Assembly: GCA_963780315.1 (NCBI GenBank)
Contig: CAWABP010000027.1
Coordinates: 481-64,480, forward strand
Direction: 5' to 3'
DNA: 64,000 nt
Origin: Candidatus Acidiferrales bacterium
Lineage (GTDB): Bacteria > Acidobacteriota > Terriglobia > Acidiferrales > UBA7541
Positions 1 to 9,175 of this stretch are shown here, piece after piece. The notes beneath the pieces were generated by a model. It was not told the DNA's origin. It saw only the letters and a list, made by a program, of their open reading frames with translations, and made no database searches. How positions within the stretch are numbered: position 1 is the first letter of the stretch; each line of letters opens with the position of its first letter. Position numbers and translations under genes: made by a program.

Positions 1-1514
1 AGCAACCCGCGGAACTGATCCAGGCAAATCATCTGAAAGCCGATATCTTTTTTCTATCCGCTGACGAAATGGCCGGCCGCAAGACAGCGAGCAACGAAGC
101 GCGCATAGCCGCCAACTACGCGGCTTCTGAGTTCATGCGACTGGGACTGAAGCCTTTGGGCGACAACGGCACGTTTTTCCAGAACTACGATCTGGTCAAA
201 GCCGTTCAGGATGATGTGGCCACATCTCTGATCGCGCATTTTCCGGAAGTCGAGAAAACGTACCAGATCAATCATGATTTCGATCCTGACTTTTCGAGCA
301 ACAATCCGACAATCGCCACGGCTCCCGTCGTTTTCCTAGGGTACGGCATTGACGCTCCGGAATATGGCTACAACGATCTTGCCGAGGTTGATCTCAAGGG
401 GAAGATTGCGCTCATCTTGAGCCATGAACCACAGGAATTCGACGAGCATTCCAAATTCAAAGGCAGGTGGAACACGTTGCACGCCTATGGAGAATCGAAG
501 TTTGAGGATCTGAGAAAAGCTGGCGCCGCTGGAATTCTGCTGATCCGTGAAAGCAGTTCCCACCGGCCTCCCGATCAGCCCAGCGGTCCGCATGATTGGG
601 ACATGTCCACGCCCCTGTACATGCTGGCCGGGAGAATCTTTGATCTGCCGGTTGACGATATCAACGAAGATGTTGCCAACGAATTGCTCGCGGCTTCCGG
701 CAAAACAGTTGCTGCTCTGCAAAAGTCCATTGACGCAGGCGGCAAACCGCAGTCATTCGAGATTCCGGGAGTCACCGTCACCATCAAGAAGGAATTAAAG
801 GACCGGCAAGTTGTGCGCGGACGAAACGTAATCGCTCTGCTTGAAGGTAGCGATCCGGCGCTGAAGAATGAATACGTAATTGTGTCCGCTCATTACGACC
901 ACGTCGGCGTTGTTCTGGGCCGAATCTATCGCGGCGCGGACGATGATGCTTCGGGCGTCGCCGGAGTTTTGGAAGTGGCGCGCGCTTACACTCTCGGCAA
1001 AGTGAAACCGAAGCGCAGCGTCGTTTTCCTCCTGTTCGATTCGGAAGAGGCTGGGCTTTTGGGAGCGTTTTACTATGTGAATCATCCAATGCTGCCTCTG
1101 GCTCAGACTATCGCCGTTCTGAACTCCGACATGATTGGCCGCGATGAAAACACTCCTACGTGGCCCAACATCGCCGCCACGAGCCATAACAGCGTCAATC
1201 TCACGGGCACGCTGTACAATCCGGAACTGCGTCAAGTGATCGAAAGCAGCAATCGCGAGATCCATCTCGATCTGGATTTCAAAACCGACACGAGCGACCC
1301 CGAGGAGTGGTTTGCCCGCAGCGACCACTTCCCATTTGCCGTGAAATCCGTGCCTATGGTGCTCTTCACAACCGGGGAGCATGCGGACTATCACACGGAG
1401 AACGACACCTGGGATAAGGTCAATTACCCTAAACTCGAGAAGATCGCGCGGCTGATTTTCCTGAGCAGCGTCGAGCTCGCCAACGGGAGTGGAAAACCTA
1501 AATTTGTTCCGTAG
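1..1514 (+). CDS. M28-family zinc aminopeptidase with a PA (protease-associated) insert; the 5' end runs off the window
   Basis: The frame is open from nt 3 upstream of the listed ATG (..LKADIFFLSADEMAGR..). M28 metal-ligand motifs are present: SAHYDHVG, GADDDASG, FDSEEAGLLG. Confidence 0.8.
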   Translation, partial: QPAELIQANHLKADIFFLSADEMAGRKTASNEARIAANYAASEFMRLGLKPLGDNGTFFQNYDLVKAVQDDVATSLIAHFPEVEKTYQINHDFDPDFSSNNPTIATAPVVFLGYGIDAPEYGYNDLAEVDLKGKIALILSHEPQEFDEHSKFKGRWNTLHAYGESKFEDLRKAGAAGILLIRESSSHRPPDQPSGPHDWDMSTPLYMLAGRIFDLPVDDINEDVANELLAASGKTVAALQKSIDAGGKPQSFEIPGVTVTIKKELKDRQVVRGRNVIALLEGSDPALKNEYVIVSAHYDHVGVVLGRIYRGADDDASGVAGVLEVARAYTLGKVKPKRSVVFLLFDSEEAGLLGAFYYVNHPMLPLAQTIAVLNSDMIGRDENTPTWPNIAATSHNSVNLTGTLYNPELRQVIESSNREIHLDLDFKTDTSDPEEWFARSDHFPFAVKSVPMVLFTTGEHADYHTENDTWDKVNYPKLEKIARLIFLSSVELANGSGKPKFVP

Positions 1515-1847
1515 CAATTGCGGCGAGCCGTGCCTTTCAGAAGAGACAGTGCTTGAGATGAATCAGTCAATCAATTTGACGCCAACACTGTTCCCAATTA
1601 CCTTAGCAATCAATGGAGACGGAGAACTTGTCCGCATGAAAATGTTCAGGGGTGTTGTTTTTTTTGCCGCTGCAGTTCAATGCTCTGCCTAAGCTGTCTC
1701 TCCTGGCGTTTTCGTCCGGCGGTTCCTCGCCGTTGCGATGCACTTCTCTTTAGCTGCGCCCTACTTTCGGTTTGCGTCCGGTATTGTCCTGGCAGGCCAA
1801 CCCGCGTAGCGATTGGTGTTTTCCCCATTTTTTGGTTCGGAGGCTTC

Positions 1848-4800
1848 ATGCGCTTTTCTCGGTCCATTTCTACACATCACATTCCGCGCAGGTTTCTTCA
1901 GTGCGTCCTTGTTTTTTTGGCTTTTACCATTTTCTGCGTCACATCTCCGTCGCAGAACAGTACTGGACGACTTGTGGGACACATCACAGATCCGCAAGGA
2001 GTTGCCGTGCCCGGAGCTAAAGTCACCGCAACGAACGCCGAAACAAATGCGCATTGGGAAACGATCAGCGACCCCAGCGGCTCTTACCAGATCCTGGACG
2101 TGCCCGTCGGCAGATACTATCTGACGGTAGAGCGAGAGGGTTTCGCCAAGGTCGTCACACAACCCGAGCAATTGGACATCAATCAATCTCTGCGCGTGGA
2201 CGTAAGCCTGAAGATTGGCGCGCTTACCGAAGAGGTTCGTGTCACTTCTGAAGTCGAGCTTGTGGAAACCGTGAATCCCACACTCGGAGGCACGGTGACA
2301 GGAGCGCCGGTCCACGACCTTCCGCTGAATGGGCGCGATGTGTTGGACTTGGCACTAACGCAGCCTGGCGTCGTTCCACGCGTTACAAATGTGTACACAG
2401 CAGGCTCCTTTACGGTGGCTGGCGGTCGATCGGATGCGGTGACGTTTCTGCTGGACGGAGCGGTCAACAACGCAATCGTAGATAACAACGTGAATTTCAA
2501 CCCCAATCCCGACACCATCGCGGAATTTCGCATTCTGCAGAACAATTACACCGCGGAATTCGGCAGGAATGGCGGTGGAATCGTCAGCGTTGTCACTAAA
2601 TCAGGGAGCAATGAATTTCATGGCAGCGCGTTCGAGTTTCTGCGGAACGACGCGTTCAATGCAAACACATTTTTTAACAAAGCGAATTTCCAGCACATTA
2701 TTTCGCAGCCAATCTTGAAGCGCAATCAGTTCGGAGGGACGCTCGGTGGCCCCGTCATGAAAGGTCGCCTTTTCTTCTTCTTTGGGTATCAGGGACAGCG
2801 GCAGAGTGCCACCATCAGCGGGAACGACGTCAGTTCGTTTACAACAAATGAACTACAGGGAGATTTTTCCCAAGCTGGCCACGGGGGCACACCGGATACA
2901 GAAGTTGCCGCCTTCCTGGAATCGCATCCCTATTACCAGCCGGACCCCACCTTGGCGGCGGAAGCCAAAATTGACCCCACGCGCTTCGACACCTTGGCAA
3001 AGGGATTCATCAGCAATAACCTGATTCCTAGTTCGCCCAACGGGGTGGTTCATCCGCGAGGGAATTCTACCGACCAACGCGATGAATACACCGCCAAAGT
3101 CGATTTCAATGTCACTGAGAGAGATCGCCTCTCCCTGACGTTGGGGTATAACCACAATCCGAGAACGTATCCTTTCACAAGTGACGGTAGCGTCCCAAAC
3201 GTTGTGGGCTTTCCCGGATTCAACGAAGCTGATTCGTATTTCGGTAGCGCAACATATACGCGGACTTTCTCGCCCACGCTGCTGAATGAATTTCACCTAG
3301 GCGCGCAACGTTTTTTTCGGAAGCTGAATTTCCCGGAAAGAAAGCTTCCCACTCCCAACGAGTTGGGAGTGCAGGCAAACTCCGATGATCCCATCGGGCC
3401 GCCGATCATCACGATTTCCAGCGGGCTCGGTATGGGGTTCAACGCCAATGGACCGGCGCACTATGCTGACAACACGTACTCTTTTACAGATGCGTTGAGT
3501 TGGTCAAGAAACCGCCATAACTGGAAATTCGGTGGAAGCCTGGGCATCATTCAGAACAACGCGACCTATGATTACGCCACCAGCGGGGAATTCGATTACT
3601 ACGGCACCGCCTCTGGAAATCCACTGGCGGATTTTCTGCTGGGCGCTCCGGACGATTTCCAACAGTACCCGAGGGATGGCAGCCTGATCCGCAGCAAGCA
3701 GTACGCCGGCTACGCTCAGGATGAATGGCGAGCTACAAATCGACTGACACTGATTTTCGGTATCCGCTATGAATATTCCACCCCGAAGACGGACCCACAG
3801 GGCCGGCTATGGAGCATCATTCCAGGCCTGCAATCCACCCGATTTGTGAATGCTCCGTTGGGACTGGTTTTCCCTGGAGATAAGGGCGCGCCGAGCGGCT
3901 CGAATTTTCCGGATAAGAATGACTGGGCGCCGCGATTTGGGTTTGCCTGGGATGTTTTCGGGAACGGCAGCACGAGTGTCCGCGGCGGATTTGGCGTCTA
4001 TTACGACCTGCTGCGCGGCGAAGACAACAATTACGTGCAAGGCGCGCCGCCTTTCTATTCTGGAGCTTTCCTGACTTTTGACCCCACGGCGATTCTCGCG
4101 AACTCCGCGAACAATTACACTACCCAGCCGTACGTGGCCACTGGCCAGATAGATCCTTTCCCTTCAACTCCGCCGACTTCCACAGTGGCGTTTTACAATG
4201 AGTTTGGGACCGGATGGGTCACGATCAATCCCTACCTGCGCACTCCTTACATTTATCAGTACAACTTGAACGTCCAGCAGCAACTGGGGAAAAACACCGT
4301 GGCGGAAGTCAGCTACGTTGGGAGTTCCTCGCACAAATTGACGGCCCTTGTTGACCGGAATCCCATTATCCTCGGAACCGACACGCGCATTTTAAACACT
4401 CAGTCGGGGCTGACGAATTCGGATGCTTTTGGCGTGATGCACTACAACATTGACAATGCTGCGAACGCCAACTACAACGCCCTTGTTGCCAGCCTCACAA
4501 AACGCGTGAGCGACTGGCACTCTATGGGCGAGACGTTTTTCACCTTGGGTTATACGTTTGCCCGCAACATCGATAACGCTTCCGGATACTTGGAAAGCAG
4601 CCAAAGCGTGCCCGCTTACAATTCCCGCGCTTTTCGTGCGCCATCCGACATGGACATAAAATACCGGCTGGTGTTGAGCGGCGGCTGGGAATTGCCGTTT
4701 GCGCATGCGTGGGAGAGCGGGCCAAAACGCCTGACACAAGGATGGGCCATGTACCCGATCTTCTTCGTTCAATCTGGATTTCCGCTTTCCGTCAATGCCG

Positions 4801-5261
4801 GACTACCCGGGAGTTTCGATGCTGGTCTTCCCGGCCCATCCGGCGCGGGCGATGTCTGGTTGGTCCAGGCCGATTTAAACGGAAGCAAAGTGCCGATCCT
4901 CGATCCAAAGAGCAATTCGAACCACTACTACTTCGATCCCAGCGTGCTCTCCGCTCCTAATCTTGTTACCGAACCAAGCGCCCCGGGTTTTATTCCGTCC
5001 GCCTCGCAACGCACATATGGGACCTTGCCCAGAAATTTCTTTCGCGGCCCCGGCAGAGTGAATGTCGACCTGGCATTAAAGAAGGAGACGGCCCTCACGG
5101 AACGATTGAATCTAGAATTTCGCGTTGAGGCTTTCAACCTGCTTAACCACGCCGAGTGGCTGAATCCTGATACTTCGTCGGTGCAATCGGGAACGCTGGG
5201 GCAGGTTTCTTCGACCTACGATCCGCGAATTCTGCAACTCGCGTTGCGGCTAGCATTCTGA
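1848..5261 (+). CDS. TonB-dependent outer-membrane receptor with an N-terminal carboxypeptidase-regulatory-like domain
   Basis: Internal ATG at 1848 preceded by GGAGG and followed by a signal peptide (MRFSRS..FLAFTIFCVTSPSQ). GRLVGHITDPQGVAVPGAKVTATN is a CarboxypepD_reg-type start. A plug-like region (DVLDLALTQPGV) and a C-terminal aromatic residue (..LALRLAF) are present. Confidence 0.85.
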   Translation: MRFSRSISTHHIPRRFLQCVLVFLAFTIFCVTSPSQNSTGRLVGHITDPQGVAVPGAKVTATNAETNAHWETISDPSGSYQILDVPVGRYYLTVEREGFAKVVTQPEQLDINQSLRVDVSLKIGALTEEVRVTSEVELVETVNPTLGGTVTGAPVHDLPLNGRDVLDLALTQPGVVPRVTNVYTAGSFTVAGGRSDAVTFLLDGAVNNAIVDNNVNFNPNPDTIAEFRILQNNYTAEFGRNGGGIVSVVTKSGSNEFHGSAFEFLRNDAFNANTFFNKANFQHIISQPILKRNQFGGTLGGPVMKGRLFFFFGYQGQRQSATISGNDVSSFTTNELQGDFSQAGHGGTPDTEVAAFLESHPYYQPDPTLAAEAKIDPTRFDTLAKGFISNNLIPSSPNGVVHPRGNSTDQRDEYTAKVDFNVTERDRLSLTLGYNHNPRTYPFTSDGSVPNVVGFPGFNEADSYFGSATYTRTFSPTLLNEFHLGAQRFFRKLNFPERKLPTPNELGVQANSDDPIGPPIITISSGLGMGFNANGPAHYADNTYSFTDALSWSRNRHNWKFGGSLGIIQNNATYDYATSGEFDYYGTASGNPLADFLLGAPDDFQQYPRDGSLIRSKQYAGYAQDEWRATNRLTLIFGIRYEYSTPKTDPQGRLWSIIPGLQSTRFVNAPLGLVFPGDKGAPSGSNFPDKNDWAPRFGFAWDVFGNGSTSVRGGFGVYYDLLRGEDNNYVQGAPPFYSGAFLTFDPTAILANSANNYTTQPYVATGQIDPFPSTPPTSTVAFYNEFGTGWVTINPYLRTPYIYQYNLNVQQQLGKNTVAEVSYVGSSSHKLTALVDRNPIILGTDTRILNTQSGLTNSDAFGVMHYNIDNAANANYNALVASLTKRVSDWHSMGETFFTLGYTFARNIDNASGYLESSQSVPAYNSRAFRAPSDMDIKYRLVLSGGWELPFAHAWESGPKRLTQGWAMYPIFFVQSGFPLSVNAGLPGSFDAGLPGPSGAGDVWLVQADLNGSKVPILDPKSNSNHYYFDPSVLSAPNLVTEPSAPGFIPSASQRTYGTLPRNFFRGPGRVNVDLALKKETALTERLNLEFRVEAFNLLNHAEWLNPDTSSVQSGTLGQVSSTYDPRILQLALRLAF

Positions 5262-5294
5262 CGAAAGCCGCACCTTTACACCGGACGAGGCGCA

Positions 5295-7403
5295 CTATTG
5301 TTGAGAATTAATAAGTCCTAGCGCTTTTTCGGTTGCGGACAAGAGTGGCTCAGGGCCCACGGGCTTTCCCGTGGCATGCTCCATCCAAAGGTCCGGTGTG
5401 ACCTGGCCCATGGTTGCCATGCGCTCGAATTCAGGGCCGGTATTCCCTGCTTTCTTCATCTGTTCTTCAATCTGGTAGGCAATCATGTGGCCTACGGAAT
5501 AGTCCGGCAGATAGAGGAACGAATCGATCATGTGCGAATAGATGCCGAGCAGCACGACATCCTTCTTGCCAAAGACCGGGGCATAGTAGCGGTTCCAGAT
5601 GTTCTGAGTGATTTCCACTGTGGCTGCCTTCAGCTGCGCGGGTGTGGCGTTGGCATGGTCGTACATCCAATGCCACACGCCCATATCCACCAGACCCACG
5701 CCACTGATTTCGTAAGTGCCCCAGAAATCGTTGAGAGTCTTCATGGCTTCGCTCTTGGCGTCTGGCGCAGCGAGGCCAAGAAGTTCCAGGTCGCGGCCCT
5801 GAAAAACAAAAGCCAAAGCTTCCGTGAACGCGGTATTGGGCACACCCTTCAATAATGTGTAGTCAATCTCATTTAGAGAGAACGTCTGCTCGACATTGTG
5901 ACCCATCTCGTGAATCGCAATGTTGTAGCCCTTGTAGTTCATGCCGGTTTTCTCGACTCGCGTGCGCAAATGCGCTTTCTCGCTGCGCATTTCCGCGCCC
6001 ATGGCGTGACCGGAACCTCGCGCCGGGTCAACAATAATATTGTTCGCGAGATACGCGGCTTTTTCAGGAGTGAAGCCCAGCTGGACCAGCAGATTCGGGA
6101 TGTCTTTCTGGTAGGCTTCGGCGGTCGGATATTTTTTGGCCACGATGGCATCAAGCTGCGCTTCTGTGTACGCGCCGCGCGGGCGGAATCCGTCGTACCA
6201 GATATCGAACGGCTCCAGTGGGCGGCCGAGGCGCGATTGGATGAGCTTCGCGACTTTCGGCACAAGCGGAGATGCCAGGACCTGCTCGAACATGGCTTCG
6301 ACGCGTTTTTCAGGAATTTCGCGTTCCTCGTCAAAGCTCCGTGCGATAAATGTGGGAGCCGTAGGTGAGTAGGGATCGGCTCTCTTTACAGCTGCAAAAT
6401 CCTTCAAAAGAGTTGCATAGCGCGTGTCTGGTTCGGGAGCATTGTTCACCGGGATTCCCGCGGGTGCCGGCAAATCGGAGTCCTTCGTTGCCGCGGGTTT
6501 CACTTCATTCGTGCGCGGATTCCAATCCACATTTGGATTGTTGATTACAACTTGCGGAATCGTCTGCCGGACAATGTGTTCCATTACCTGCTGAATCAAG
6601 CGCTGCTTGCGCAGTCCATTCTGGGGGTCCGCGTAGTCGGCTTTGATTTCATCGCGGAGATTCCAGTGGCTGAGGAGGCGGAGTCTTGGCGGGAATGGCC
6701 GTTCATCATTCTGGTCGAGCAGATGATGCATCCAAATGTTGTATTGCGCCACATATTCGGCGGAATCGCTGCCCGCCTGCGCAATCGCCTGGTTGACCTC
6801 AGCGGGAATGCGTTTCGAGAAGTACTGCGCAAGCCGCGCTTCGGCCCACTGACGGCGCGTCCATTGGGGGCCCTGCGCCAGGCGTTCCTCGAGCGTGGTC
6901 AAAGGAAAATTCAACAACACAACGAAAGCGCCCTTGTTCGCGAAGAAGTCATCCAGAACATGCGCCGATGGATCGTAGGCCGCGAAGATTGCGTCGAACG
7001 GAAGAATCGGCCCGATATCCAGGTCGGCCTGCTGGCGGAATTCGCGGCCAATCTCATGCATATGACCAGACAACTTTTCGAGAAGGTACTCGTAGCGGTT
7101 GAACATCGCATCAATCGTCGCGGGGTCGCCGGCAAAATTCGTGCGGACAAATTCCTCAAACACTGCGGCATCGCCATCTTGCATGTGCCAATACTGCGAC
7201 GCTTGCGTGAGACCCCGCTTGATTCGAGGTTGTGCTGACGCTCCATATTTTGCGGTGAGTTCTTTTTCCAGATTGGTGATGGAGTTCTTCATCCAATCGG
7301 GTGTCTTCCGAATCGTAGCTGTGTCAGGCACGGACGACTCCTGAGATAGAATTGGCGATGCAGCGATACAACAAAGGGTTATTGCGATGAAGAAAGCACG
7401 CAT
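5295..7403 (-). CDS. Secreted gluzincin-type zinc metallopeptidase (HEMGH motif); family not assigned
   Basis: N-terminal signal peptide (MRAFFIAITLCCIAASPILSQ). HEXXH motif IAIHEMGHNVEQ with a downstream Glu (..NTAFTEALAF..) about 25 residues later. Confidence 0.6.
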   Translation of the reverse strand: MRAFFIAITLCCIAASPILSQESSVPDTATIRKTPDWMKNSITNLEKELTAKYGASAQPRIKRGLTQASQYWHMQDGDAAVFEEFVRTNFAGDPATIDAMFNRYEYLLEKLSGHMHEIGREFRQQADLDIGPILPFDAIFAAYDPSAHVLDDFFANKGAFVVLLNFPLTTLEERLAQGPQWTRRQWAEARLAQYFSKRIPAEVNQAIAQAGSDSAEYVAQYNIWMHHLLDQNDERPFPPRLRLLSHWNLRDEIKADYADPQNGLRKQRLIQQVMEHIVRQTIPQVVINNPNVDWNPRTNEVKPAATKDSDLPAPAGIPVNNAPEPDTRYATLLKDFAAVKRADPYSPTAPTFIARSFDEEREIPEKRVEAMFEQVLASPLVPKVAKLIQSRLGRPLEPFDIWYDGFRPRGAYTEAQLDAIVAKKYPTAEAYQKDIPNLLVQLGFTPEKAAYLANNIIVDPARGSGHAMGAEMRSEKAHLRTRVEKTGMNYKGYNIAIHEMGHNVEQTFSLNEIDYTLLKGVPNTAFTEALAFVFQGRDLELLGLAAPDAKSEAMKTLNDFWGTYEISGVGLVDMGVWHWMYDHANATPAQLKAATVEITQNIWNRYYAPVFGKKDVVLLGIYSHMIDSFLYLPDYSVGHMIAYQIEEQMKKAGNTGPEFERMATMGQVTPDLWMEHATGKPVGPEPLLSATEKALGLINSQQ

Positions 7404-7661
7404 GGCTGAACCTCCCTGCCGGAGAATTCCCTGCAGCAGTGAACCGCTGATGACTATCGGATCGGGTCATAGACGGGGGTTTCGATTATCACTCGGATTC
7501 TACTCCAGATTGTCTGTGGCGTTTCGCTGGCAATGAGCGGGTTGTGCGCGCCGCGCCAAGGTCATACAATCAGCGCGTGCGCTAAAATCGCGCGCTGGAC
7601 CCATAACAGTGACTCCGCTACCTAACTTTGCTCTTGCGGTGGCCACCCACAGGAAAACAAC

Positions 7662-8711
7662 GTGACTAAACAGATTTTTGGCAAGATGCCAGAGGGCGAG
7701 GAAGTCGATCTTTATACGCTGAAATCCGAAAAGGTCGAAGCCCAGATCAGCGCCTATGGCGCGGCGGTCATTGTGTTGCGAACTCCCGACCGCAAGGGAA
7801 ACTGGGAGGACGTTGCCATAGGGCCGCAAGATCTAGCCAGCCACGTCGCGAACCATCGCTCGAAGGGACCGATTTTTTTTGGTGCAACCGTGGGGCGCTA
7901 TGCGAATCGCATAGGGCGCGGGAGATTCTCGCTTGATGGAAATTCCTACAGCTTGGCTCTGAACGACGGCGAAAATTCCCTTCATGGCGGTCCGGGTGGA
8001 TTCCACAATGTAGTTTGGCAGTCGGAGCCGTTCGCCAATGGCGTTGCATTTCGTTATTTGAGCAAGGATGGCGAAGAAGGTTATCCAGGAAATCTCTTTG
8101 TAACGGTACGTTTCACGGTGGCGGGTGGGGATTTGAAAATCGAGTATCTAGCCACAACGGACAAGCCCGCGGTCCTCAATCTGACCAATCACTCGTACTT
8201 CAATCTGACTGGCGCGGGGCGCGGCAACATACTCGCGCATCAACTGAAGTTGTTTGCTTCGCGTTTCACTCCCGGCGACGCCCATCTGATACCGACTGGC
8301 GAGATACGCTCTGTTGCCGGGACGCCGCTCGACTTCAGGAAGCAAACGACGGTTGGCGACCGGATAGAGTCCAAGGACGAACAGATTCACCTGGCTCACG
8401 GATACGACCATAACTTTGTGATTGATGAGCAAGGGTCGGAACTCAAACAGGCGGCGGAGATGTACGAGCCGAGCAGCGGGCGGGTGATGGAGGTCTGGAC
8501 CACGCAACCGGGCGTGCAATTTTACACAGGCAACTTTCTGGATGGTAGCTTCAAGGGGAAGAACGGAATTGCTTACCATAAAAGGACGGGATTCTGCCTG
8601 GAGACGCAACACTTCCCCGATTCTCCGAACCGGCCAGAATTCCCGTCAACAGTTTTGCGTCCGGGACAGACTTTCCAGTCGCAAACGGTCTACCGTTTCT
8701 TCGCGCGTTAA
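7662..8711 (+). CDS. galM: Aldose 1-epimerase (galactose mutarotase)
   Basis: GTG start after AGGAAA. Typical mutarotase blocks: GATVGRYANRIGRGRFSLDGNSYSLALNDGENSLHGG, NLTNHSYFNL, FCLETQHFPDSPN. Confidence 0.9.
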   Translation: MTKQIFGKMPEGEEVDLYTLKSEKVEAQISAYGAAVIVLRTPDRKGNWEDVAIGPQDLASHVANHRSKGPIFFGATVGRYANRIGRGRFSLDGNSYSLALNDGENSLHGGPGGFHNVVWQSEPFANGVAFRYLSKDGEEGYPGNLFVTVRFTVAGGDLKIEYLATTDKPAVLNLTNHSYFNLTGAGRGNILAHQLKLFASRFTPGDAHLIPTGEIRSVAGTPLDFRKQTTVGDRIESKDEQIHLAHGYDHNFVIDEQGSELKQAAEMYEPSSGRVMEVWTTQPGVQFYTGNFLDGSFKGKNGIAYHKRTGFCLETQHFPDSPNRPEFPSTVLRPGQTFQSQTVYRFFAR

Positions 8712-8812
8712 TTCTTGGGAAATGAAGTTGAAACCGCGGCAATGTTTCCTCGGGTGGCATCCGCAATTCACTAGCTAAAGCTTGTTGCAGATGAGTTGAT
8801 CTCGGTAACTTG

Positions 8813-8824
8813 GAAAACGTTTAC
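8813..8824. promoter_or_regulatory. Candidate LacI/GalR-type operator half of a pair (GAAAACGTTTAC), distal copy
   Basis: Exact 12-mer with the palindromic core AAACGTTT. An identical copy lies at 8999-9010. Confidence 0.35.
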
Positions 8825-8923
8825 CCTGGAAGAACGAAGCAATACCGCCATTGCAGACCCGCGTCCCGAGCCTGAGAAGAAAACGAGGGTTTTTCCGAAA
8901 ATGATGGGCTCAACAAACTTGCC

Positions 8924-8952
8924 TTGACAGCGAAGGCTGAGAGAATTATTGT
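8924..8952 (+). promoter_or_regulatory. Candidate sigma70-type promoter of the GH42 operon (TTGACA-N17-TATTGT)
   Basis: Perfect -35 TTGACA at 8924-8929, a 17-nt spacer, then TATTGT at 8947-8952. It sits in the roughly 460-nt AT-richer gap between galM and the GH42 gene. Confidence 0.35.
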
Positions 8953-8963
8953 CAACAATAATT
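8944..8963. promoter_or_regulatory. 20-bp palindrome AATTATTGT-CA-ACAATAATT overlapping the candidate -10; putative operator
   Basis: Perfect 9-bp inverted arms separated by 2 nt, read directly from the sequence. Confidence 0.4.
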
Positions 8964-8998
8964 CGAAGCGGTTTGCAGAGTAGTGCGAATTCTCGGCA

Positions 8999-9010
8999 GA
9001 AAACGTTTAC
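8999..9010. promoter_or_regulatory. Candidate LacI/GalR-type operator (GAAAACGTTTAC), proximal copy
   Basis: Exact repeat of 8813-8824, 186 nt downstream of it. The two copies flank the candidate promoter. Confidence 0.35.
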
Positions 9011-9175
9011 TTGCTGCCGCGCAACCCGGCGGTTCATTGAGGAGCTTTAGTGAGCAGTAGAAGCAACGCGCCATAAACATCCACGCGATTCTAAAACGGG
9101 CTGGGTTTGGACGAGGTTATGCGCGAAACGGTCCGGCGGCTCCAGAGAATCGGCGCAGCGAGGTGCGTCGAAGGT

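Noticed and set aside
8771-9037. 88-aa minus-strand ORF in the galM to GH42 gap
   Set aside because: It has no RBS and no recognisable motif. It spans exactly the AT-richer region that holds the promoter-like and operator-like elements, so it is more likely regulatory DNA.
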